From Tubulanus polymorphus (taxonomy: Eukaryota > Animalia > Nemertea), in assembly GCF_964204645.1 (NCBI RefSeq), contig NC_134032.1, positions 5,692,275-5,756,274 on the forward strand: a stretch of DNA of 64,000 nucleotides, written 5' to 3'. The position numbers and the translations under genes were made by a program. This document shows, one piece after another, positions 13,301-25,300 of this stretch; the first letter of the stretch is position 1, and each line of letters opens with the position of its first letter. Below the pieces are notes generated by a model. That model was not told the origin of the DNA, did not search any database, and saw only the letters and a list, made by a program, of their open reading frames with translations.

Positions 13301-16300
13301 TTTAAATTGGAATGGACTTAATTCAGAAAGTATAAGTTTTTTGATTATTCGGGAATTGAGAAATTTGAAAATTAGCCGCTATGGCAGGATTCAATATTTA
13401 CACTCATATGGGTAACCAAATCCTCGTCTTTTTTTGAATTGTCTGTTTTTTATTTGGCCAGCTGATTTTTCAGCACTTTATTTAGACAGATGGACAGACA
13501 GGATAGATTGACAGGCAGGTAGACAGACAGAGACTGTTGAGTTTTGCCAACAAGCAGGTTGTCACATAGTCTATATCAGTTTCATGGATTGTGGGATATG
13601 AAAAAATTCCTAAAAGAATTTGAATTTTGTCTTCATTATAAAAAAAGATAATAATAAACGCGCAATGAAAAAACCAGACATTTGAAAATATTGAAAAATT
13701 TCTTAGATCTCTGCAAACTTTTGGTCTTCAACCTAAATGATTCATGCCTGGAATGAGGACTCTAGGTTCGACTTCTCATATTTGATTAAAGTCTATCCAT
13801 AATTTCTCAAATTCTTTGAATGGTGATCAGTAAAAACCACCTTAAATATGAATCGTAAGATCATCCGGGTTTATCAAGAGGAGCGATTTGCCTAATTTCT
13901 GATGAGGGAGGCTAAAAATCTAGATGAAAGTTCATTGAAAATGGACTACATTTTGACTGGGTTGTCGCACTGTTACGCACGCCATCTAGCGGGATAGCTG
14001 GTGGCACGAAGTCCTCATTTGAATTATGCTTTCATGAAATACATTTTCAAGAGTGTGGAATCCACAATTTTAGAAACTGAAATATTTAAAAGGATTGAAA
14101 GATTTCTCAATCGCTTGGTATGCTAGATTTTTGGCAACGAGGTCGGTAGCAATTCATTGTCAGTCGCTAAATGTGCGAGCTTTGAATCCAATAACAAAAC
14201 ATAGAATAGAATTCTTAGATAGAATTCTTGTGCGATTCACAATATGGCCCCCTCGACGTAAAGTTGCGCCTGCAATTCGGCCACAAAAATCGTTTAGTAC
14301 ATGGTTGCGGGTGACCGTATGGCGATTGGCGGCAGTTTAAACAAAAGTTGCAGATGATTAAAAATCATAAAACGAGTTTCATATAAAGAGCTTTAGGGTT
14401 GAATTAAAAGATCATTTTCAATTAGTTAACATTTGAAGCTGATCTGAAATCATGGCTGTGGAGCTGGGTCTTGTGATATAAGTGTCAGACGATTGCTTTT
14501 CTGTATTTTTCAGAATCTAAAAATGAAAGCAGCAGTAGATATTTTAAATTGATTTGTAATGTTTCTCGTGTTTCCTGTTTTTGCAGGCCCTAGATGGCTT
14601 CTTGTTTGTAGTGAATAATCAGGGCAAGGTTGAGTTCGTGTCAGACAATATCGGGCAGTACCTCGGATATACACCGGTAAGTCATAAAAACCCCCCACCC
14701 ACCCATAATCAGCCTTTACCTAGGTTGCGAAAAAACAATATCGTTTTAGAGAATTTTACAATTCAACCTGTTGCTTTTTTGCTTGTTGGACAAACCAGGA
14801 AGTGGTTCTTATATCTACTTCATGTTTCCACTTCTATACTGTTGGCCAATATCAAATCTGGTTAAATAAGAAGTTCATCCCACGAAAAATATCCCTACAC
14901 AACGTTGTAATTAATTATTAATTTTTAATTTACTATATATATGTATGTATGTATGTATGTACGTACGTACGTACGTACGTACGTACGTACGTACATATAT
15001 AAGTCTCTTATATATGTATAATTCTCTTGAATGAAACAAACTAAATTCTTTAGCTTTCAGACAAATTAAGTAATTGTCGTTGGTATAGTGAATCCCCGGT
15101 CTCCCCCACATAGATAAATTTGTCACATTTATTACAAAAAATTGCATATACTACATTTTGTGACTTACAGTTGATAAAGTTTCGGACACAATACGAGGAA
15201 CCTTCATAATTGATGAATCTATCTGAATTACACATATATGCACATGTCGCACACTTTTTTCCACACGGTTCACATCTACTTTGTTTTTTAAAAAACATAT
15301 AGTTGTGTTCTTGTTATATATATATAACAGAATATATAGGCCTATATAACAGAATATATATATAACAACAATACCATATTGATTATGTTGTATGCTGCAG
15401 CCGCTGCCTGGTGCTGTTGCTGCTGCTGCTACTTGCTGATGCTAGATTCCGCCTGTGGTGTCACTCACGTTGATTATTCGGCAAAATTTTTTGAAGTCGT
15501 TTGATTTCGTATTTCAAACGATGCAAATTGATACATGATGAGCCTCACAGATCTATATAGTTTCACAGCGCCAACGCCCAAATAGCAGTCTTAAGAACCA
15601 TTGAGTTTTATAATCAGGGTAGTGAATATTTCATTTAAAATTGGACCCAGTTCCACAGTTGCCAGTTGAAATTGACACTGATTAGCGTTAGATTTAATTT
15701 AGTCAATCGAGAATTAAAAGTTACACCCCAAGCATTTTTAACCTATTCCCCAAATTTGACTCCTGTCTGATCCAGGCTGTTTGACAACGGCCAAATCGTC
15801 TCCATGTGATCATGGTTATGGTCAAGGGTTTATGGCGTAGCGACTGTCCCAAATGTCCTTAATTCTGGCCACCACAGTACATTCACATAATACACCATTT
15901 TAGATATTCATGGCTGTATTGATATAGATTTATAATTACAAAAGCACTCTCCCTATCCCCCTCTCCCCTTCTGGGACAAATGCATGCAATGCTAATTATT
16001 TCAGCACTTAAGTTTGACTACTAAATACCTACATAGTGTACTTAGTATGAATCTTTCTATTGTGAACTCTTAAACATAATGAGATGAAATGTGAATATTC
16101 TACCAGAGTTTGTCATGCTGACTCCCAAGTTCAAAACGGTTAGCCTAAATATGAATTTTGTCCTTATTGAAAGTAGGCCTATCCAATAACAATCACACCA
16201 CATTTGAGAGTAACTTTTTTAAGAAACCTGACCCAGGGTGCTAAACTCAGTACTCTAGTTATATAATTTTCTGGCATGTATATTTATAATTGAAATGGAA

Positions 16301-19300
16301 AGTACAGATTTGATTCAATTGTCCCGACCAGAACGGTTGCACTTTACACAATCTTTCTCCCTGTGGCGTTATGTAATAATGTCCTCTTGGTGACGATAGC
16401 TATACACAGAGGTATAGGCCTTTATTTACGTACTTATAAAATATTACTGCCGTCTTGATGGTTGTGGGCTGGTCATGTGAAAGGTGGTATTAAAAGTGCA
16501 AATCACTGGACTTTTAAACGTTGCAGCGGGCCTGCGTCACTTTCAGTGAGTTATTTCACCACGTTCACATCGGATCCGAAGTTGCTCAAAAGTTTGTTCT
16601 ATTATAGCGGTGACTATTAAAAATATGGTCAAATCCGTTTAATTTGAATCACTTAAAACCAAATCATTACTGGGATTTCTGATAAACCAAATGAATTTCA
16701 TGGGTCCAAAATGATCCAAATGAAGCCAGTTATACTTTATTTTGATACCATGATATATTTATGATGGTCAATTTAAAACAACTTTTTGAGCAACAAGTAG
16801 TTTTAGTGCGCAATAATTTGTGTTTAAAGATTCCTTCGAATTTTGGATATAAGAAAGACAAAGGAAACTGGATTTAATTTATAGTAAATCAATTGGTTTT
16901 TAATAGCGCTTTGAAGCTTGGTAACTAGGATGTTTGATAACAATGATGACCGTGTCAGATTGGGATGCTCATGATTTCGATTTATCCCTCGGCTTGCCGC
17001 CATGGAAGGTTTGTGTTGGAATAATCAAAGTCACTTTCATTTTAGCGAGAAGGATACTCCATTATCTTGAAGAGCAGGACATGGGGGTAGCGGAATGGGG
17101 CCCCCATTCTGGGGTACCACATAATCATATTTGTTAAACGGGGGTGTTAAGATATCAGATAGTGACGCCGATAAACGTGGACCATATTTTATCAATTCAT
17201 TTAAATTCTAAAAAAATCGCTTTCGATTCCAAGATATTGGTAACTAAAATTTTTAGGTGGGCTGCCATTTTTAGGATCAACTGCGTTGATCCTTATAGAA
17301 TGGTTCTGAGAGTAACTTTCGGTTAGCTCTTGGTGGCACAAATTGTCACCACTGGATATAAACAGCTGATATTTTGTCATTAGGAGGGAAATAGGTGGTG
17401 GAATTGATATGGCAAGTTTCGTCCATCAGCTCTAAGCCATTTGGATGTGCTGGGAGAGAATGTGCAAAATTTCAACGAATCTTTCCGCATTCTACTAATT
17501 GATGCTTGACATTTCATGCCATCATAGGAAAAGCCCTTCACAAGTGACATTATCAAGAACTGTTTTCTACCATGTACTTGTAACTCATAGGGAAAACCCA
17601 TACCATGTATATCATCAAAATTGAACATGCTTGCTACAAAGTGCACCATGATTTCATCTTTATCAGCTGTTTATACGTTATACCAAATCCAAGAACAAAT
17701 CGATTTTTGTGCTCAAAATTAAAATGTACTCAGTTGATCCTACTGGACCCATGGTCCTTTATTTACGTTTTTTAGTTGATTTCCCGTTGAGTCAGAGTTG
17801 ATTGAAATCGGGGAGAGTCAGATTTCTATGGAGGACTTGGAAAACTATGGAAGTGCTGTAGGGACATGCCAGTTGAATAAGCCACTGACAACTAGCATTT
17901 GGGCAATGAGCAACTGGAATGGAACGTAATAGTAATGGAGCGAGGATGATTTGTATCTGTTTAGTTTGATGTAAATGTTCCGTCGTAATAAACAGCCTAT
18001 TCAGTGTTTTCAGTTTTCCTTTTGACTGCTTCCTGGTGATATGGCGGCCCACTTCACAGTTACAGATATTTTGGAATTTTAAGCGATTTTTAGGCCGGCC
18101 CTTCTTTATTAGTCTATATGGAAGTCCAACGTAATCGGCGTCAACACTGAAAAACTTTGATTTGATGTAGATGATGGTACGCCAGAATAGGGCCCCATCC
18201 GCTACCCCATGTTTCAGAGAAACCCAGAAGAGCGCGATCAAAAAGCACCCTTGTAAAACTGCAATCGAAAATAATGGCTGCTACTGCGAATCCCGTTATG
18301 ACATCATCAAATTGAGACTGTGATTAATAACTTTCAATGTTTTTTTATGTTTTTGCAGGAAGATTTGGTTGGAAAGAGTATTTATAATATAATACATATC
18401 GGTGACCATGCCCAGTACAGCTCAAACTTATTGCCTCGTTCCCTTCAAAGTAAGTAGGCCTATCATTTTTTCATGGATGTGACTGCCTTAGCACTAAACC
18501 CTGTCTGATTAGCTTAAGTGCATGGGTTAGTAAATCAGATTGCCAGTTGTATAATAACTGAGGCAAATTTTATGGATAAACTATATATGGAGTTGCCTGA
18601 GTAGCCTGGAGTAAAAATGATTTCAGATTTGCTGATAATTACATTAATTAAGCTGTGCATAAACCTATGTACTGGGGTTTATCAGGCAGGATTTCGTGCT
18701 GTGGCAGAGTCACGCAATACCATCAGGTTCAAATCCCTGCGGAGGGAAGATGTGTATTGTGTAATCTGACCCCTATGGAGTCACCTATGTCCTTTTCAAT
18801 TTGGCATGCGGGAATATATGAAATAGTTCGTGATTTTAGAGATATTTTATAAGTCGTATCACCTGCTAGTACTTAACATAATATTAGAATATAATCATGA
18901 TCTTGCGCAATATGTTACTGTGTGATAAAATAGTATTCCGTACATCTGTGTGGCCAACTACTTTAACTCTTTCATACGAGGATCTACTAAACCTGTGATA
19001 AAACAGTACACTCCCGGAGTCCCAGTCGCCTATGCAAATTCGTGTCAAATCTAAATCATATATTAATCTTGGTAACCTTCTAAGTTTTCCTTTACATTTA
19101 CTGATACGATTGATGAAACACTATGAACTGTGTTGCAAAGATGACATAAAATCCTACTCTAAGAATAAAAAGAGTGAATTATTTCCTTGTGCTAATGATT
19201 ACTCAACGTTTCGACTAATGGACATCTTCAGGAATACTGATGTTTTCCTCATTATAACAATTGAGGTAACACTGAGTACGTGTTGTAAAGATAATATAAA

Positions 19301-22300
19301 ATGTCACAATAAGAATAAAATGAATGAATGAAATTCCTTGTACTAGTTAAAGTATATGAACAGTATATTGGACATTTTGAAGAGATCCCAGCGGTCATCT
19401 TCCAAAGATTTTCATGGGCTTGCAGGCCTGAAAGCCCATCTTGCTATCGCAGGGATTGATAATTTGCTTGGGGAGTCAATGACTTTCTTGGGCTCTGATG
19501 TTTACACACATTTAATGCAGTGATAAAATCTAGGTTCCTTTCTTATATTGGCTGTCGGTTGTCGTTTTCTTGGTTGTTAATTTTCTTTTACTTTCATTGG
19601 GTGCTTGCGTTAGCGGCCATTTGAAAAATCTTTGTATGAATTTATATTTTCAGTTTAATTTTGTAAAATAGATTCTGAATTGAATTGAAGACTGGTTCCC
19701 TGTCTCTTCAGTGAGCCAGGGCCAACTTCGGTTTTCGTAGCTAGTCGACTAGTGGTCAGAACGAATAACCGAACGCGCTATAATTTGGTTGTAATGTATT
19801 TTACAGTGTCGGCCATCTTGGAAATGGGTCGGAACTACAGCAACCGTGCTCAATCCCATGGTCGACCATTTCTGGACCATAGTTCCAACTAACAGACATT
19901 CGGTTTCATTTAGTTCGACTAAAGTCGACCAACTCCGATAACCGAAGTTGGCCCAGAGGGCGGTAGTCTATGGTGGCATTGATTGTCATTGGAAGGAAAT
20001 GCAACTTATTCTAGTTTAATATCTATATTATTTAAAAAGAAAAATCGTGGCTCCTATCTATATTCGTGTTCGCATCTCTTCACAAGAAGACACTCGAGTT
20101 AGTCACGTTTTTTCTTTCAGCTGTTAATTTTTCGATACAGTAAAATTATTTTAACACAATCTGATAAGTAATCTAGCAATTATCAACATATGATTGATTC
20201 CGTTAACCCTTTCAATACCACATAGTGTCTCCACTGCTGTACCGGAGGGAATTTAGGGGTTTATAGGGGTATATTTGAGACTTCATAGAATAGTTACCAA
20301 GGTATCTGACACAGAAAATTTATATAGCATGTTGTTGATAACTTTTGGGCCAACAATTTAGACATAAATAATTTGGATATAAGTGAACTTGAGGTCAAGG
20401 TCACATACTCCAAGATGGCCGCCATGAAAAAAATTCACGAAAAAGTTTCAGATAAACTGCTCTGTCTCTCAGAAAAATGTACTGATCTATTTAATTCCAA
20501 CTGAAATTGTATGCCATATATCCTTACTTTATGTAGTAAAAATTTCAAAGCAATAGAACAACTAGAAAATAATTTATTTTCCACTCATTTACCAACTTCT
20601 CCACCGATATGTCAGAAGGCCGGATGTAAGGGGTTTCATTGGGGTATAATTTCAGGTCTCAGAAAATTGTTACCTATGTATTTGACATTGGGTACCATGG
20701 TGTTGATAACCATTGGGCTTACAAATAAGACAAATTATTTGAATATATGTGACCTTGAGGATGGACAGTTTCTGGTTCTTCATTATTGTTATTGGTGCAT
20801 GTTGCCATGACAACCGTATCAACAGGGTCTAAAAAATTGTCACTGATTTCATTTTCATCATCAAAATCATTGCCGGCACTATAAACCTGGTTTCTGACTA
20901 AGTCACATCATCTGAACTGCTGCTGTCATATTCGTTGTCACTCTCAATTTGTTCACTACCAAATTCCAAGTCACCAGCATCACTGTCAGCATCATATACG
21001 AGCTGCTGAACTGTTTCATACAGCCAAATTGTTTTTTCATGGCTGTTGCCATCTTGGATTTTATGCAGATGGCAGCACCAGCTGATACTGATAGATATGC
21101 CCTTCTAGAAGAAGGGTTAAGTGATACCGTATCACATACGGTACGGGTATGCTAGCTTGTCAATTTGTACCGTATGCCATACGGTAGTGGTATTGTAAGG
21201 GTTAAGACACCACAACATTCAAATAACAACCATCCAGAAGCTTTTACTAACTTGGTCCACGTCTCCAATAGAATCATTCCGATTTAGAATTTCTTTCTTG
21301 TTAGAATTTCTTTCTTGTTTTACTTAAATTCATTATTGTTTTCGATGTAGTTTGCTCTGCTTAAAATGTGGTTGGTCTGACACGTTTTTACAGTGTATAT
21401 TACAAACTACTAGCTCAACGACACATTTCAGACTCTCTTAATTCTTGGTGTGGGAATTCATACCAAACTTTTTTAAAGTTTTGGTTCTTGGTTCAGTTGT
21501 CACTATTAGCTTCTTGCAGGCTTTCGATAAATTAAATAATCGAGTCTGCCTCTCTGGGCTTATACCTTTTTAATGCTACTGGACTCCATCATGAAGGCTT
21601 ATACCTTTTACGTGAAATTTGATATTGTTATTCATGAAGTTGATCACTATTTCATGTATGTTTTCATGGGCTTGCATGCTTGCAAGCCCATATTGCTATC
21701 ACACGGATTGATAACTTGCTTGGGGAGTAAATAATTTTTGTTAGAAACTTTCTTGGGCTCTGATATTTACACACATTTAATGCAGTAATAAAATCTAGGT
21801 TCCTTTCGTATATTTGCCATATCGGTTGTCGTTTTCACTGTCTTATGATTTAGTTTAATCGTTTTTTGTTATTTCAGCAGCGCATACCAACCTAGGTTGA
21901 GGTTGCGTGATCAGTCTTGAAATTGGTATTCATGCGCGGCATAGTGCTGCCGACAATTCAATTCATTCTTTATTGACACAATAAAAGATTTACTTTCACA
22001 TTTTTGAAAAATTCTTTTCATTTTCTTTTACTTTCATTGGGTGCTTGCGTTTGCGGCCATTTGAAAAATCTCTGTATGAACATTTGTATTTTTCAGTTTA
22101 AATATCTAAAACTAATTAAAACCCGCTTTTCTGTAAAATAAATTCTGAATTGAATTGAAGACTGGTTCCCTGTCTCCAAAGAGCCAGGGGGCGGTAGTCT
22201 ATGGTGGCAATAAACTTTATCGGATGATCGTAGTGGATTGTCATTTGAAGGAAATGCAACTTATTCTTGCTTAACGTCTATATTATTTAAAAAAGAAAAA

Positions 22301-25300
22301 TCGTGGCTCCTATCTATATTCGTGTTCGCTTCTCTTCACCTGAAGTCACTCGAGTTAGTCACGTTTTTTCTTTCAGTTGTAAATGTCTCTATGCAAAATC
22401 ATTTCAGCACAATCCCATAAGTAATCTAGCAATTATCAACATGATGATAGATTCCGTTAAGACACTACAATATTCAAATAACAACTACCCAAAAGCTTGC
22501 ACCAACTTGGTCCACGTCTACAATAAAACCATTCCGATTCCCATTCCCCGTGTGTAACATTTCATGTAGTGATGTAAGACAACACCAATCTCTTAGCTCT
22601 TTAAAAAGTAATCAGTTCAAAGTTCGATTAATTCTACTACAGAAATACAAAACCACCAAGCCAGCTTTCAGTACAACCATGTCAGCAAGCCCATTTTTAG
22701 AATTTCTTTCTTGTTCATTTTTTAGTTATACCAGGAAGTGGCCTTACCGATGCATCAAATAAAGGTCGGACGTTCAACTGCCGTATGTTGCAAAAATCTC
22801 CTCCAGGTACGTAACCCAGGTATTTTATGCCCCACCTGTCCCGTCCAAGTCTCTTGAGCCCAGTGGCATACAATGAAATTTTCATGGGCTTGCATTCTTG
22901 CAAGCCCATATTGCTATCACACGGATTGATAAATTGCTTGGGGAGTCGATAACTTGGGCTCTGATATTTACACGCATTTAATGCAGTTATAAAATCTAGG
23001 TTTCTTTCGTATATTGGCTTAAACGGTTGTTGTTTTCATTGTTTTATGATTCTGTCCTGTGCTGTTAGCTGAGTGGAGGGCTGAGTGGAGGACTGGGAAC
23101 CAAGAGGTCCCTAGTTCGAAACCGCCTCTGGCGTTGGCTGTCGAGACACATACATGGACTAAGCTCTGCTAACTTAGTCAGGTTGTGAGCCATAACAACC
23201 TATAAAAAGGCCCTGGCCGTCTCTTAAGACCCACTAGGGTTACACTGTAAGTAATTGCAGTCGGGACGTAAAACTCTTCTAAACTTTAATCGTTTTCATT
23301 GTTTTACGATTTTGTTCAATCGTTTTTGTTATTTCAGCAGCACATACCAAACTTGGTTGAGCATGCGTGATCAGGCTTGAAATTGGTATTCATGCGCGGC
23401 ATAGTGCTGCCGACAATTCAATTCATTCTTTATTGACACAATTAAAATTTCACAATAAAACATTTACTTCAACGTTTTTAAAAAATTCTTTTAATTTTCT
23501 TTTACTTTCATTGGGTGCTTGCGTTAGCAGACATTTGAAAAATCTGTATCAACATTTATATTTTTCAGTTTAAATATCTAAAATTTGTAAACCGCTTTTC
23601 TGTAAAATAAATTCTGAATTGAATTGAAGACTGGTTCCCTGTCTCTTCAAAGAGCCAGGGGGCGGTTGTCGGATGATCATAGTGTGTCAATCCTAGTGCT
23701 TAATGTCTTTATTATTTTAAAAAGAAAAATCGTGGCTCCCATCTATTTTCGTGTCCGCTTCTCTTCACCTGTATCCCTCGAGTTAGTCACATTTTTCTTT
23801 CACCTTTAAATTTTTCTATGCAAAATCATTTCAACACAATCCGATCAGTAATCTAGCAATTATCAACATGATGATAGTTTCCGTTAAGACACTACAATAT
23901 TCAAATAACAACTACCCAAAAGCATGCACTAATTTGGTCCACGTCTACAATAAAACGATTCCGATTCCCAGTTCCCATGTGTAACATTATGAAAACGATG
24001 TAGGACAACACGATCTCTTAGCTCTTAAAAAAGTAATCAGTTCCAAAGTTCGATTAATTCTACTACAGAAATACAAAACCACCAAGCAAGCGTTCAGTAC
24101 AATATGTCAGCAAGCCCATTTTTAGGCCAGCCGTAGGCTGAGCCTATTACTATACAAATGGAGCGAATTTAAATGACATGGTTTCCACACAAAAGGCTCT
24201 TTTGCTTGCCAAGTGAGGGCATATTCGAACAAATCACGTATTTAAGCGTAATCCATTCTCGGAATCGTAGCGAGCAGAATTTTGAAATAGGCTCTCATAA
24301 AAATGTTTTCTGCATTTTTCACGAAAATAAAATCGGGAAAATTTCAATTTTTATCAGCCAATCAGGAAGTTGTGTCTTCCCTGTGATTGGTTTATCTAAA
24401 AATATCAGTAGCTGTTCACGTGAATTATCGTGATTTCATTACTGGCGCTTTTGCGCATGACGTCATGTATCAACACGCGACAATACTTCCGCGTTCGCTA
24501 CGTGTTCGCTGATTGGCCCATTTACTGGGAAATTCCACAGAAGCCTAATGTGGTTTGTTACAAGCGCTGTGATTGGCCCGACCCGATTCTGGCACGGCTT
24601 TAGCTTAGTGGGTTCGAATCCCTTGACGGGAGAAGATGATGGATCCTATCGATGCTATCAACAAATAAGTTTCCCGGTTGGGCAGCTGCGGATATCTACC
24701 GAAAGTGTTGCGGTTCGATATTTCGAGGTTTCTTTGAATTTTGGAGTGATATTGAAATCCGGTAAACACCGGCGGTAGATTGTGAAAACCCATTGCTTGA
24801 TATTTGTACTACTTAATCAACGAAAAGCGTCGGGGCCGTGCCAGGAGTTTTCGCAATTCAAGTAGCTCAATAGCCTACTTCTTCGTGTTCGACAATTTTC
24901 ACTCCGCCGATCTCTGACACGGCTCTGTCGCCGTCGGCGCTGTGATTGCACTATTCGTACCACCAAAATTTTTTATTTCTATATCAGGGAGGTCTGGAGA
25001 ATAAAAAAGTCAAAATTTGGATATCACATAGGCCTGATTTCATCGAATAAGTCGACCATGGTCGTTACGTTTCCGTACTTATTACCACCTAAAACCGTTT
25101 GAACAATTTTGTCACAACCAACATTTCGTTTATAGAAATCAGGTGTTCACATGAACCCGCGGTATCGTCTATTGTTTTACTTCCGGGTTTTATTTTAAGA
25201 TTTAAAATCATATTTCAAGATCGATTTCTATGAAATCTTTAGTTGATTTGGTGTTTGGGAGGAATTTTTATTTGCTCTACAGAAAATTCATCCTTGACAA

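Larger units (their letters stand above)
19409..21303 (+). mobile_element. HINE-like family H2, copy 1 (contains two nested MITEs)
   Basis: 5' ttttcatgggcttgca...aagcccat; colinear with the copies at 21661-22715 and 22879-24123. Confidence 0.7.

Noticed and set aside
17792-18241. 149-aa ORF, and other intronic ORFs such as 36524-36967 and 52250-52570
   Set aside because: No recognisable domain, several overlap repeat remnants, and there is no splice support.
23056-23135. tRNA gene
   Set aside because: It has A/B boxes but no complete cloverleaf. It is followed by a body and tail and flanked by a long TSD, so it is a SINE.
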